Shown: positions 28,641 through 39,164 of the stretch, piece by piece | How positions within the stretch are numbered: position 1 is the stretch's first letter | Layout: each line of letters begins with the position of its first letter | Assembly (NCBI GenBank): GCA_050309605.1 | Contig: JBNRMN010000067.1 | Span: forward strand, 64,001-128,000 | DNA: 64,000 bases | Direction: 5' to 3' | From: Anaerohalosphaeraceae bacterium | GTDB taxonomy: Bacteria; Planctomycetota; Phycisphaerae; Sedimentisphaerales; Anaerohalosphaeraceae | The notes under the pieces: model-generated | What the model was told of the DNA's origin: nothing | Database searches by the model: none | The model's input: only the letters and a program-made list of their open reading frames with translations | Translations under genes and position numbers: made by a program

Positions 28641-28810
28641 TTTAGATCAAACAAAAAGACCTCTTTTAAGTTTAGATTTAGACGGACACACTCCCAACAA
28701 ACTAATCATACAATATCTTTTTTTCTAAGTTTTATGAAAAAAAATTTTGACGGGGTTGTTTTTTGACATAATTTCAGTATAATGTGTTTCGTCAGTTTTA
28801 GGAGTGCATT

Positions 28811-29206
28811 ATGGACGACATGGCAGTCTTACGCCCTCGTGTCTTTGTGGTTGAAGACGACCCCGCTTATCAGCGTCTGTTGGAGCTGGCTCTTAGGCGG
28901 TTGGGTTGTGAGTGTCAATGCTGCACGGACGGAAGGACGGCCCTCGATTCGATCATTTCCAACCCCTACGATCTGGTCATTATAGACATCCATATTCCTG
29001 AACTGGACGGTTTTATGGTGGCTTGTCAGCTTCGGGAGATGGGGTACACCCAGCCGTTGGTGGCCATTTCAGCGTTGAGTCTGGAAGGTATTGACGGCAA
29101 GGCCAGGGCGGTCGGATTTAACGATTTTCTGCAAAAACCCCTCGAAGACGAGCACATCTCACAATTGCTTGATCGGTATATCGTCAATCACGAAGCGAGA
29201 AGCTGA
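28811..29206 (+). CDS. Single-domain response regulator (REC)
   Basis: VVEDD, IIDIHIPELDG, SA, FLQKP. Confidence 0.85.
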   Translation: MDDMAVLRPRVFVVEDDPAYQRLLELALRRLGCECQCCTDGRTALDSIISNPYDLVIIDIHIPELDGFMVACQLREMGYTQPLVAISALSLEGIDGKARAVGFNDFLQKPLEDEHISQLLDRYIVNHEARS

Positions 29207-29217
29207 CAGCCGCTGCT

Positions 29218-30483
29218 TTAGCCTTCGTTTTGCTCAAACACTGCGATGTCCATCAGACGTTCACTTTTGGCCACGATACAGGTGACCACCGCATCACCGA
29301 TGACATTGACTGCGGTGCGGAGCATATCCAGCAGACGATCCACGCCGATAATCAGGGCAATACCTTCGACGGGAAGATTGACCTGACGCAGTACCATAGT
29401 CAGTGTAATGAGTCCCACCCCCGGCACGCCGGCGGTGCCGATCGAGGCCAGCGTTGCGGTTACGATTACCATTACATAGCCGCTCCATCCGATCTCAATG
29501 CCGTACGCCTGGGCGATGAATATCGTCGCCACGCCTTTCATAATCGCCGTGCCGTCCATATTGATGGTTGCCCCCAGCGGAATCGTAAACGAGGCCACGC
29601 TCGGATGCACACCCAATCGATGTTCCACCGTTTCCAGTGTTATCGGCAGCGTCGCGCTGCTGCTGGCGGTACTGAAGGCAAAGACGGGGACCTGACGAAA
29701 TTTCTTCAGCATCTGAAACGGACTGAGTCCCGAACCCAACTTCAGTACAATCGGATAGACCACCAGTCCGTGCAGCAGCAGGACCGCAATCACCAGAGTA
29801 AAATATTTGCCCAGCGGCAAGATAACATCCAGCCCCTGTTCGGCAAAAACCTTGGCCAGCAAGGCAAACACCCCGAACGGCGCAACCTGCATCAGCATCA
29901 TGACCAGCCGCATCACGACGTCATTAAGGTGCTTAAACAAATTCAGGACAGTTTTCCCGCTGTCGCCGGCAAGGGTGATCGCCAGTCCCGTCAGAATCGA
30001 GAAAACAATAATCTGCAGCATATTCGCCTCGACCATTGCCTCAAAGGGATTGCTGGGAAACATATTGATCAGCGTCTCCTTCAGAGACGGCGCTTCGCTT
30101 GGGGTAAATTCAAGATGTGTGGTCAGTTCCAGTCCGGCGCCCGGCTGAACCCATACGCCCGCGGCCAGCGCCAGCGAAATCGCCGCCGCCGTGGTCAGCA
30201 GATACAGGATGACGGTTTTGCCGCCGATTCGACCCAACTCGCGAAGATCGTTCAATTCCGCCGTCCCGCATACCAGCGAAACGAAGACCACCGGCACGAC
30301 GATCAGTTGAAGGCTGTTGACGAAGATTTGACCGATGACATCGAGCAGACCTTCCGTCAGATAGATGCGAATGCCGCCTTCATTACCGAGAACATTCAGC
30401 ACCGCCCCCGCGACAATGCCCAGAGCCATACCCATAAAGATACGCGATGTCAATCCCTTGACCGGTTTATCAGGCGAAGCCAT
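29218..30483 (-). CDS. Dicarboxylate/amino acid:cation symporter (DAACS, GltP-like)
   Basis: AFSTASSSATLP, PLGATINMDGTA, SIGTAGVPG, GVDRLLDMLRTAVNVIGD. Confidence 0.95.
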   Translation of the reverse strand: MASPDKPVKGLTSRIFMGMALGIVAGAVLNVLGNEGGIRIYLTEGLLDVIGQIFVNSLQLIVVPVVFVSLVCGTAELNDLRELGRIGGKTVILYLLTTAAAISLALAAGVWVQPGAGLELTTHLEFTPSEAPSLKETLINMFPSNPFEAMVEANMLQIIVFSILTGLAITLAGDSGKTVLNLFKHLNDVVMRLVMMLMQVAPFGVFALLAKVFAEQGLDVILPLGKYFTLVIAVLLLHGLVVYPIVLKLGSGLSPFQMLKKFRQVPVFAFSTASSSATLPITLETVEHRLGVHPSVASFTIPLGATINMDGTAIMKGVATIFIAQAYGIEIGWSGYVMVIVTATLASIGTAGVPGVGLITLTMVLRQVNLPVEGIALIIGVDRLLDMLRTAVNVIGDAVVTCIVAKSERLMDIAVFEQNEG

Positions 30484-30501
30484 CGTGTGGTACTCCCGTT
30501 G

Positions 30502-31755
30502 TCAGTGGGGTTTTGCGCCGCCCGACGAACGGCGGTTTTGGCGGCGGGGTCGGCGGCCTTTGGTGTCGGCGGTCTTTTTGTGCTCGGCGCCGCGCGGGCC
30601 GCGTTTTTTGCCTGTCCGTTTGCCGCGTTTGGGCGGCAAGGACAAATCCGGCTCCTGGCCCAGCCAGACGGGAGTGATTTTATTCTGACGTAAAATGGTT
30701 TTGAGCCGTTGGATATCGCGCGGCGTGCAGAAGGTGACCGCCCGGCCTTTGCGCCCCATCCGTGCCGTGCGGCCGGTGCGATGGGTATAGGCTTCGGCGT
30801 TTTGCGGAAAGTCATAGTTGATCACATGCGAGGCGTGAGCAAAATCCAGCCCGCGCGCGGCGATGTCGGTGGCGATCATATATTTGATCTGCTGTTTTTT
30901 GAAGCGGCGAAACAGACTGGTACGTTTGTTCTGATCCTGGCCGCCGTGAATCATCTCAACCGAATCGGCTTTCTTTTTCAAATGGTCATACAGCGTTTCA
31001 CAGCCTCGGCGGCTGTTGCAGAACAAGATCGCCTGGACCGGTTTTTCGGTGTCGATTAATTCGAGCAGCGTGTCCAGTCGGTGATGCGGCTTGACCAATT
31101 TGAAACAATGCTCCAGCGAGGCCGGGGCGGCCTGTTCTTTGTTCAACTCCACCAGCACGGGGGCGTTGAGGTATTTTTGGGTCAGCCGTTTGATCTCGGT
31201 CGGCATCGTGGCGCTGAACAAAAGCGTCTGATGCTCGTGAACCAGACACGAACAAATAAAATCAACGTCCTGCTCAAAGCCCTGATCGAGCATCTCGTCG
31301 GCTTCATCCAGCACAAACGTCTGCACATCCGAGAGCCGCAGCGAGGTGTTATACAGCATATCGATCAGTCGGCCGGGCGTGGCGACCAGAATATGCACGC
31401 CGTGGTCGAGCTTGCCCATCTGGATGGCCATCGAAAACCCACCGTAAATCGCAAACGATTCGATGTCGGTGTATTTGGCGATTTGCGATATTTCCGTGAC
31501 GTATTGCAGGGCCAGCTCGCGCGTCGGCACCAGAATCAGTGCCTGTACCGTGCGCCGAGCCGGATCCACTGCCTGAACCAGGGGCACCGCACAGGCGGCG
31601 GTCTTGCCCGATCCGGTCTCGGCCAGGGCAATCATATCGCGCCCGGCCAGAATATGCGGCAGCGTTTGTTCCTGCACCGGCGTGAGCGTCTCGTAGCCCA
31701 TCTTCACCAGGGCTTTGAGTATCTGAGGCTTCAAATCCAATTCGTCAAATCGCAT
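30502..31755 (-). CDS. DEAD-box RNA helicase
   Basis: Q motif, AETGSGKT, PTRELA, TPGRL, DEAD, SAT, ARGLD, HRTGRTAR, basic tail. Confidence 0.96.
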   Translation of the reverse strand: MRFDELDLKPQILKALVKMGYETLTPVQEQTLPHILAGRDMIALAETGSGKTAACAVPLVQAVDPARRTVQALILVPTRELALQYVTEISQIAKYTDIESFAIYGGFSMAIQMGKLDHGVHILVATPGRLIDMLYNTSLRLSDVQTFVLDEADEMLDQGFEQDVDFICSCLVHEHQTLLFSATMPTEIKRLTQKYLNAPVLVELNKEQAAPASLEHCFKLVKPHHRLDTLLELIDTEKPVQAILFCNSRRGCETLYDHLKKKADSVEMIHGGQDQNKRTSLFRRFKKQQIKYMIATDIAARGLDFAHASHVINYDFPQNAEAYTHRTGRTARMGRKGRAVTFCTPRDIQRLKTILRQNKITPVWLGQEPDLSLPPKRGKRTGKKRGPRGAEHKKTADTKGRRPRRQNRRSSGGAKPH

Positions 31756-31819
31756 CGCTGTCCATCTCTATTTCTGAAACCACAGATGCCGCGGATTTCA
31801 TACGCGGTGTTAGACCCAT

Positions 31820-32632
31820 TCATTCGTCCAGCGGACGAATCCAGATGTTGCGAAACCGCACCAAATCGCCGTGATCCTGAAGCCGCAGCGGCAGTTTGTC
31901 CGGATGCGGTTGATAGGCGGCTCGCTGTTTGTGGAATGTCGTGCCCTGAATTTCCCAATGATCCTGAACAAGCACCCCGTTGTGCAGCACGGTCACCGTA
32001 GCCGGTTTTTCAAGCCTGCCATCCTGAAAGACCGGTGCGTGGAAAATGATGTCGTAGGTTTGCCATTGTCCCGGTTCTCGACAGGCGTTGACCAACGGAG
32101 GTTTCTGACCGTAAATGGCCGCGGCCTGGCCGTCGGGATAGGTGTCGTTCTCATAGGAGTCCAGCACCTGCACTTCGTAATGGCCCATCAAAAAGACGCC
32201 GCTGTTGCCGCGCCCCTGTCCGCTGCCTTTGACGACCTCAGGGGCGGCCCACTCGATATGAAGCTGACAGGAACCGAATGCCTGGCGTGTTTGAATATCG
32301 CCTGTGTCGCGGACCACTTCCATATAGCCGTCCTGAATCTTCCATTTGGCATTGCCGCCGTCTTTGCTGCTGCGCCACGCCGACAGATCCGTGCCGTCAA
32401 ACAGCACGATGGCATCCGCAGGCGGCAGATGATTTTCGACGCCCGGCGCGACCACCGGCGGCCTGGGCCGATTCATATCATGTACTTCCCATTCAAACAC
32501 CTGTTGAGCCGCAAATACGCCCAGTGCCATTGCTGCGACAAGTACCCCTGCTCGAACGATAAGATGCATAGCCGATCTCCTGAAAAAACGATATTTCTGA
32601 TATTTTTTATCTTTCTCGTGCATTGTTTTCAT
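31820..32632 (-). CDS. DUF1080 / 3-keto-disaccharide hydrolase family protein
   Basis: LFDGTDL, QLHIEW, RGNSGVF, YEVQVLDS, WQTYDI, LQDHGDLVRFRNIWIR. Start uncertain (32569-32632). Confidence 0.9.
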   Translation of the reverse strand: MKTMHEKDKKYQKYRFFRRSAMHLIVRAGVLVAAMALGVFAAQQVFEWEVHDMNRPRPPVVAPGVENHLPPADAIVLFDGTDLSAWRSSKDGGNAKWKIQDGYMEVVRDTGDIQTRQAFGSCQLHIEWAAPEVVKGSGQGRGNSGVFLMGHYEVQVLDSYENDTYPDGQAAAIYGQKPPLVNACREPGQWQTYDIIFHAPVFQDGRLEKPATVTVLHNGVLVQDHWEIQGTTFHKQRAAYQPHPDKLPLRLQDHGDLVRFRNIWIRPLDE

Positions 32633-32955
32633 TTCTGTTTTACAAACGCAAAATTATAATCGAAAAAGGTGAAAAAGCAAAGCAGGTAATTTACGTTTAC
32701 GCCATTGTTTTTAGGACGTTGAGAACCACGCCCTAATTTTTTAGTTATTTAGCGCGCCCGACAACGACCGATGACTCTGCAAAATTCGTCTGGACGACCT
32801 GTTATTGGCCGGGTTATCGGACGGCCCCATAAATATTATACGGAACCGCCGTTACAGGGCATTTGCTTTTTGCATTTTTTGGGGTATATTTTGTTAAGAT
32901 GACGTTAAGTTAATGTGTAGAAATATAATAAACCTTGATGCTTATGGGGGGTCCT

Positions 32956-34131
32956 ATGGCAACGAAACATGATTTCAATAATAGCCGTCGGCTCGGCGTT
33001 GTCCTGAGTCTGTTGGCCTGCTGTTTCAGTTTCACCCAGGCGTTCACTGTTATTGACCGCAGCGACGGCGATGAGATTACCATTGATTATGAGATTGAAG
33101 GCTGGGTCATGGTCTCGGATACAACCGTCAATCTCGTTGACGGTGCGTGGATCAAAGATTCATCTACCGAGGCCGGACAGTTGTGGGCCACACAGGGGGC
33201 GGTCGTGAACATCTACGCGGGGCAGATCGATGATGTGGTGGTGATTACCACCGCACAGGACCAAACACTGCCCGAGGCCCAGGTGACAGTCTTTGGCAGT
33301 GAATTTGTGAGGATCAATGCTCAAAATGAGATTATTCCCATTGATCCCGAGACGACCGAATTGGTTCTGGAAAATGAAATCTTAGGCGGCGTTTACGAAG
33401 ACGGGACGGCGTTTGCCTTTCATGTTGACTGTTACAGTCAGGGCGATTTTAAGATGTCCATCAAGCTCGGCTGGATCGCCGGTGCACCTGAAATTGACGT
33501 CTGGCCCGATGTCGTTGATTTCGGCGAGGTGGAAATCGGCCAGCAGGCATCCGCTTTTGTTACCGTCGCCAACATCGGCAACACCAGTCTGACGCTTCAG
33601 GGACTTGAAATGGTCCAGGGCGATGAGCTGGAATTCGGCATTGTGCCCTTGGCGCAGCTGCCTGTGACCCTTGAGCCTGATGAAGCGATTGAGATTGAGC
33701 TGGTCTATACGCCTCTGGTCGAAGGGCCCGCCTCGGCGGTCCTGCTGATCGGCAGCGATGACCCCGAAACGCGCGTTAGGGAGGTGCTGCTCGGTGGGGA
33801 CGGCCTGGCCCCTGAAATACCCGAACTGACGCCTCGTGAGCGAATTGACGCCATCTGTGCGTTTTATATGGCGGGTCTGAAAAACGGATCGATTGAAGGC
33901 GTCGGTCGCGGCAATTCCGGTAAAAACAAGGCGATTGCGCTGGGGCATATGCTGATCAGCGCCCGCCATTTGATCGGCGGCGGTTACGACCGGCTGTCCC
34001 TGATCGTGCTGTATTCGGTTGAGAAAAAGACCGACGGCATGCGCCGACCCCCTGATTTTGTCCAAGGGCCTTCGGTTCCCGTGCTCAATGAGATGGTCAA
34101 CGACTTGATTGAAGCCATTCGAACCCAATAA
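32956..34131 (+). CDS. Secreted protein with ASH/choice-of-anchor-D Ig-like domain
   Basis: Signal peptide; PEIDVWPDVVDFGEVEIG...VTVANIGNTSL...LEPDEAIEIELVYTP...LLIGSDDP. Confidence 0.7.
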   Translation: MATKHDFNNSRRLGVVLSLLACCFSFTQAFTVIDRSDGDEITIDYEIEGWVMVSDTTVNLVDGAWIKDSSTEAGQLWATQGAVVNIYAGQIDDVVVITTAQDQTLPEAQVTVFGSEFVRINAQNEIIPIDPETTELVLENEILGGVYEDGTAFAFHVDCYSQGDFKMSIKLGWIAGAPEIDVWPDVVDFGEVEIGQQASAFVTVANIGNTSLTLQGLEMVQGDELEFGIVPLAQLPVTLEPDEAIEIELVYTPLVEGPASAVLLIGSDDPETRVREVLLGGDGLAPEIPELTPRERIDAICAFYMAGLKNGSIEGVGRGNSGKNKAIALGHMLISARHLIGGGYDRLSLIVLYSVEKKTDGMRRPPDFVQGPSVPVLNEMVNDLIEAIRTQ

Positions 34132-34162
34132 GGAGCCAAAAAAGAAAAACCCGACATCCGCT

Positions 34163-34192
34163 ATGCCCGCCCTTCACGGCGGGCATTTTTTT
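34163..34192 (+). terminator. Intrinsic terminator
   Basis: ATGCCCGCC-loop-GGCGGGCAT followed by a T tract. Confidence 0.8.
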
Positions 34193-34219
34193 ATTCACGC
34201 TGCACCAATGAGGGGATTT

Positions 34220-34263
34220 TTTAGCCACTTTTTAACCGATTGCTAACATTCTGCTCATCATTG
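34220..34263 (+). promoter_or_regulatory. Pho-box-like 11-bp direct repeats upstream of the porin
   Basis: TAGC/TAAC/TAAC/TCAT at 34222, 34233, 34244 and 34255 (exact 11-bp period). Confidence 0.55.
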
Positions 34264-34349
34264 AACGGTATCTTGCCTTCGTCCAAATCAACGTGTGTTC
34301 AGAACGGTCTGAACACCGAATCATGTGAATTGTTTGACGGAGGTAAACT

Positions 34350-35603
34350 ATGATTAAGACAATGAGCAGGTGGTTGGCCGTGGTGGTACTGGCGGCCGGT
34401 TGGGTCGATGTGTCGCGGGCCGACGAGATCAGTGAACTGCGGCAGCAGCTTCAGGAACAGTATAACGCGCTTCGCGAAGTTCAGCAGAAACTGATCGAAA
34501 TCGAGTCGGCCCAAAAACAGCAGGGCCAGGCGGTCAAAAAATTCGAATCGACCGGCGGGGCGGTGATTCCCGAAACGCTGAAATGGGCCGAGAATATCCG
34601 CCTCTACGGAGATTTTCGCTATCGCCATGAACAGATCGACGGCGACCGTGTAGATCAACGCGACCGTCACCGCATCCGGGCACGTCTGGGGCTAAAGGGC
34701 ACGATCACCGACGAATGGACGTTTGATTTGCGTTTGGCATCCGGTTCGGATGATCCGACATCGACCAACCAGGATCTGGACGGCGGCTTTTCCAGCAAGG
34801 ATTTTTGGCTGGATCGTGCCTTTTTGACCTACAAGCCGCACGCGATTGAGGGGCTGTCGCTGATGGCTGGCAAGATGAGCAACCCCTTTATGACGGTCGG
34901 CGGCAATCAGTTGATGTGGGACAGCGACCTGAATCCGGAAGGGATTGCCGTCAAATACACCGCCAGGCTTACCGACGCTGCGAGCCTGTTTGTCAATGGC
35001 GGCGGGATGTGGGTTGAAGAACGCGGCAGCGATACCGATACCAGTCTGTGGGGCGTTCAGGGCGGTCTGATACACGCCTTCGAAGACCAAAGCAAACTGA
35101 CCGGCGGAGCGGGCTTTTTCAAATACGGCAACATCAAGGGCAAACCGGCCATCGGCGCCTTTTTGGGCAATACGTCTGACGGCGGGGTGTACGCTTTCGA
35201 CTATGAGCTGATGGAGCTGTTCGGCGAATATGCGAGCAAGCTGGGCGATGTGCCGTTTACCCTGTATGGCGATTATGTCGTCAATACCGCATCACGCGTC
35301 CGTGCCGATACCGGCTGGCTGGTCGGCGCTACATATAACAAGGCCTCTGCGCCGGGGACGTGGCAGACGGGTTACGAATACCGCGACATTGAACGGGATG
35401 CGGTGCTGGGCCGCTTCAACGACTCGGACTTCGTCGGCGGCGGCACACACGGCAAAGGCCATAAGTTCAGCTTTAAGTATGCCTTGGCGAAAAATGTGGC
35501 GGCTGCGGCAACCTATTTTCTCAATGAGCGTGATGCTGTCGGCGACGGCAAGCGCGACGATGCGTATCGTCGGCTTCAATTGGATATCGAGGTCAAATTC
35601 TAA
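34350..35603 (+). CDS. Putative phosphate-regulon outer membrane porin
   Basis: Signal peptide, coiled coil, LYGDFRYRHE, RIRARLG, WDSDLNPEG, C-terminal beta strand ending in Phe (RLQLDIEVKF). Directly upstream of pstS. Confidence 0.85.
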   Translation: MIKTMSRWLAVVVLAAGWVDVSRADEISELRQQLQEQYNALREVQQKLIEIESAQKQQGQAVKKFESTGGAVIPETLKWAENIRLYGDFRYRHEQIDGDRVDQRDRHRIRARLGLKGTITDEWTFDLRLASGSDDPTSTNQDLDGGFSSKDFWLDRAFLTYKPHAIEGLSLMAGKMSNPFMTVGGNQLMWDSDLNPEGIAVKYTARLTDAASLFVNGGGMWVEERGSDTDTSLWGVQGGLIHAFEDQSKLTGGAGFFKYGNIKGKPAIGAFLGNTSDGGVYAFDYELMELFGEYASKLGDVPFTLYGDYVVNTASRVRADTGWLVGATYNKASAPGTWQTGYEYRDIERDAVLGRFNDSDFVGGGTHGKGHKFSFKYALAKNVAAAATYFLNERDAVGDGKRDDAYRRLQLDIEVKF

Positions 35604-35642
35604 CACAATGCTAACAAGGCGTTAATCCAGACCTAACGAAAC
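35599..35642 (+). promoter_or_regulatory. Pho-box-like 11-bp direct repeats upstream of pstS
   Basis: TAAC/TAAC/TAAT/TAAC at 35601, 35612, 35623 and 35634. Confidence 0.65.
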
Positions 35643-35676
35643 AAACATAAAATAGCAAACGAACCAAACGAAAGGA

Positions 35677-36519
35677 ATGCGTATGAAGACTCAAAAAAAT
35701 GATTTTACGGTCATCGTGGTGTGTGCCGTCATATTGGCTGCCGGCACCGTCGTGATGGCGTCAGATAAACTCCAGATTGACGGCTCGACGACCGTCGGCC
35801 CGATTGCCGACGCCTTTACCGAGGCGTTCAGGGCGACGCATCCGACTATCGCGATTACGGTCAGCAAGACCGGCAGCGGCGACGGCGCGGCGGCGCTGGT
35901 GGACAATCGCTGCGATATTGCGATGATGAGTCGGTTTATGAAAGAATCCGAATTCAAAAAGGCCGTCGAAAACGGCGTACTGCCGGTGGCTCATGTGATT
36001 GCGATGGACGGCGTGTGCGTGGTACTGCATCCGTCCAATCCCGTTCAGGAACTGACGACCGAACAGGTACGCGGCATTTACGCCGGCCGGATTACCAACT
36101 GGAGCCAACTGGGCGGCGTCAATCGGCCTATCGTCGTCATCAGCCGCGATACCTCCAGCGGAACGTATGAATCCTTCAACGAGATGGTGATGAACAAAGA
36201 GAAGATGGCCGACCACGTCGAGTATGTCAACTCCAACCCGCAGGCCCATGCCCGCGTGCGCAGCACCGAAGGGGCGATTGGGTATGTAGGGATCGGTTTT
36301 CTGGATCGTTACGTCAAGCCGGTCAAGCTGGACGGCGTGATGCCCAGCCGCTCGACGATTGCCCGCGGCATCTTTCCGGTCAGCCGTCCGCTGTTTCTGT
36401 TTACCAACGGCTATCCCAAACTCGGCTCGCCGGCCCATGCGTTTGTGACGTTTCATCTGACCGAGCAGGGGCAGGAAATCATCGAGTCCAAAGGGTTTGT
36501 TCCTCTGACGGAGTATTAA
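35677..36519 (+). CDS. pstS: Phosphate ABC transporter substrate-binding protein
   Basis: IDGSTTV, TGSGDG, MSR, SRDTSSGTYESF, GAIGYVG, SRPLFLFT. Confidence 0.95.
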   Translation: MRMKTQKNDFTVIVVCAVILAAGTVVMASDKLQIDGSTTVGPIADAFTEAFRATHPTIAITVSKTGSGDGAAALVDNRCDIAMMSRFMKESEFKKAVENGVLPVAHVIAMDGVCVVLHPSNPVQELTTEQVRGIYAGRITNWSQLGGVNRPIVVISRDTSSGTYESFNEMVMNKEKMADHVEYVNSNPQAHARVRSTEGAIGYVGIGFLDRYVKPVKLDGVMPSRSTIARGIFPVSRPLFLFTNGYPKLGSPAHAFVTFHLTEQGQEIIESKGFVPLTEY

Positions 36520-37533
36520 GTGAACAACGGCGCAACCCATCCGAACATCACGTTTGAACCCGACGGCTCAGCGGTGCGGTTTACCCGTCCGCTGAGCCTC
36601 AGCGCGTCGCAGGATCTGCGCGGCTATCTTGTCTCGCACGCCGGACGCGGCCTGTTGTTTCTGATTACGTTCTTGTCGGTGGTGGCGGTGCTGCTGATTT
36701 TTGCGTTTGTGGTGGTCGAGGCGGCGCCGTTCTTTTTCAGCGGGTCATTTGCCGAGGCGTTTGCCCGGGTGCGTGAGTTCCTGGCGACCAACAACTGGTA
36801 TCCGCAGCGGGAGCACGACCCGCAGTTTGGGGCCTTGGCCATTATCGTCGGCTCGCTGTATGTAACGGTCTGTTCGCTGGCGCTGGCGGTTCCGGTGGGG
36901 GTGCTGGCGGCGGTGTTTTTAAGCGACATCGCGCCGTTTGGCGTGCGGCAGGTCTGCAAGCCGGTCATTGAGATTCTGGCGGCCATTCCGTCGGTGGCCT
37001 ATGGCGTCTTTGCGGTGATGGTCGTTGCGCCGTGGATGCAGCGGCGATTCGGGTTTGATACCGGCACCAACGCCCTGAACGCCTCGCTGATTCTGGCGGT
37101 GATGGCGCTGCCGACGATTATCAGCGTGGCCGAGGACGCCCTCTCGGCCATCGGACGAAAGACACGCGAGGCCTCGTATGCCCTGGGCGCCACCCGCGCC
37201 GAAACCATCATCAAAGTGGTCATTCCGACGGCTCACAGCGGTATCATTGCGGCGGTGATTTTGGGGATGATGCGGGCTATTGGCGAAACCATGGTCGTCT
37301 GGATGGCCTCCGGCAATGCCGCGCGGCTCCCTTCGCCGTGGTGGGATTTGTCGCAGTCGATTCGCACAATGACCGCCACAATTGCCGGCGAGCTGGGGGA
37401 AGTGCCCAAAGGCACTGATCATTACCATGTGCTGTTTGCCATCGGCATTCTGCTGTTGATCTTTACGTTTACGCTGAATTTATGCAGTGAGTATTTTATG
37501 GCCAAAGTCAAAAAACAGGCGCAAGGCGGATGA
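36520..37533 (+). CDS. pstC: Phosphate ABC transporter permease
   Basis: EILAAIPSVAYG, EAA loop REASYALGATRAET, MRAIGETMVV. Confidence 0.95.
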   Translation: MNNGATHPNITFEPDGSAVRFTRPLSLSASQDLRGYLVSHAGRGLLFLITFLSVVAVLLIFAFVVVEAAPFFFSGSFAEAFARVREFLATNNWYPQREHDPQFGALAIIVGSLYVTVCSLALAVPVGVLAAVFLSDIAPFGVRQVCKPVIEILAAIPSVAYGVFAVMVVAPWMQRRFGFDTGTNALNASLILAVMALPTIISVAEDALSAIGRKTREASYALGATRAETIIKVVIPTAHSGIIAAVILGMMRAIGETMVVWMASGNAARLPSPWWDLSQSIRTMTATIAGELGEVPKGTDHYHVLFAIGILLLIFTFTLNLCSEYFMAKVKKQAQGG

Positions 37534-39164
37534 TGCGAATGATGCTGCGAAAATGGATGGACCGGTGTTTTACCTCGCTGTCGTCGCTGACGATTGTGCT
37601 GCTGGCCGGCGCGCTGCTGCTGTTTTTGATTCCGATGTTTGCCCGCGGGATGACGGCGGTGTTTTTCGGCGCGACGGTGGAATTTCGCAAGATGCAGGCC
37701 GAGTTGTTCGAGCGCGGCGATACCGACGCGCTGCGGCGGGAAATCGAACGCACCGACGCAGCGCGTGCCGAGGTGTTTGCCCTGCTCGAGCGATTCAGCG
37801 CCGGCATCGATATCGAGCGGCTTGAGAGTGAGGCCAAGAGCCTTTATCGTCAATATGGCGACGAACTGCGCTATCGCGAGACGCCGGCGGACCAATTCCT
37901 TGCGTTGCGGCAGGAAGCGCGGGCGATTCGCGACCGCCTGCTTGAGGCGTTTGAGAGTCGCGACAAGGCCGACGTGTATGCCGTTCTCGATGAACTGACC
38001 GAGAGGTATGCCGACGACACGCGATTTGTCGGTACCTCGATGGAACATCTGATCCAAATGGCCGCGACGTATCGCCGAACCCTTGAAGGCGTTGATTTGA
38101 GCCGTCGTGAAGACTATGCCGCCGAACTGGAGGCGGTCAAAGAGCAGCTTCGGTCATTGTTCGGCCCGCTGCCCGGCGAAAGTACGCCGAGTCTGGCAAT
38201 GTATCGCTTCGGGGCGACGCGGCGGGATGTAATGGAAAAGCACATTCACTACCTCGTTTGGCAGGAAAAGTGGGTTCAGCAGGCCCCCGACCAGCCGCTG
38301 GTCAAAGTCGCCGTTCGCCGCGACGACCCCGAACAGGGCGTGTTTGCCGGTACCGAGCTGGCGCCGCTTTTTGCGCTGGTCGAATCGCAGGCCGAGGCGA
38401 TGTTTGAGCCGCGAACGACGTGTTACTGGCAGTATTTTATCGATGACAGTACGCCGGGGCACTACTTTGGCGGCGTCGGGCCGGAAGTGCTCGGTACGCT
38501 GCTGCTGACCCTGCTGGCGATGGTGTTTGCCGTGCCGCTGGGTGTCATCTCGGCGGCGTATCTGGTGGAGTACGCCGGGCAAAATGTCGTGATTAAAATC
38601 ATCCGCACCTGCATCAATACGCTGGCCGGTGTGCCGAGCATCGTCTATGGCCTGTTCGGGCTGGCGTTTTTTGTGATGCTGATCGGCAATCCCTGCATCC
38701 TGACCGCCTCAATGACGCTGGCGCTGCTGGTGCTGCCGGTGATTATTCGAGCGTCTGAAGAGGCGATTCGCGCTGTGCCGCAAACCTATCGCGAGGCGTC
38801 GCTGGCCTTGGGCGCAGGGACGTTTCGCACGTTTATGACGGTTACGCTGCCGGCGGCCGGGCCGGGTATTTTGACCGGCATCATCCTGAGTCTCAGCCGA
38901 GCCGCCGGCGAGACCGCACCGATCCTCTTTGCCGGAGCGGTGGCGCTGGGGCCGGTTCCCGATTTTTCGGGGAAATGGTGGCTTCAGCCGACGCGGGCCT
39001 TGTCGTATGGCAGTTATGATATCACCGTCGGCGACAAGCTGGCGATGATGGCGCCGCATAATCAGTACGGTATGGTCACAACGCTGATTGTGCTGGTGCT
39101 GCTGCTGAATGTGACCGCGATTGTGATTCGGTCACGAATGAGCCGAAAACTGAGAGGTACCTGA
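37530..39164 (+). CDS. pstA: Phosphate ABC transporter permease PstA with large extracytoplasmic insertion
   Basis: [41 protein letters not shown]. About 270-aa soluble insert after TM1. Confidence 0.92.
   Translation: MMRMMLRKWMDRCFTSLSSLTIVLLAGALLLFLIPMFARGMTAVFFGATVEFRKMQAELFERGDTDALRREIERTDAARAEVFALLERFSAGIDIERLESEAKSLYRQYGDELRYRETPADQFLALRQEARAIRDRLLEAFESRDKADVYAVLDELTERYADDTRFVGTSMEHLIQMAATYRRTLEGVDLSRREDYAAELEAVKEQLRSLFGPLPGESTPSLAMYRFGATRRDVMEKHIHYLVWQEKWVQQAPDQPLVKVAVRRDDPEQGVFAGTELAPLFALVESQAEAMFEPRTTCYWQYFIDDSTPGHYFGGVGPEVLGTLLLTLLAMVFAVPLGVISAAYLVEYAGQNVVIKIIRTCINTLAGVPSIVYGLFGLAFFVMLIGNPCILTASMTLALLVLPVIIRASEEAIRAVPQTYREASLALGAGTFRTFMTVTLPAAGPGILTGIILSLSRAAGETAPILFAGAVALGPVPDFSGKWWLQPTRALSYGSYDITVGDKLAMMAPHNQYGMVTTLIVLVLLLNVTAIVIRSRMSRKLRGT

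Noticed and set aside
29230..30693. Long antisense ORFs (487 aa here; also 26031-27095, 42115-43203, 20757-21659, 62420-63277)
   Set aside because: Shadow frames of well-supported genes, expected in high-GC coding DNA.
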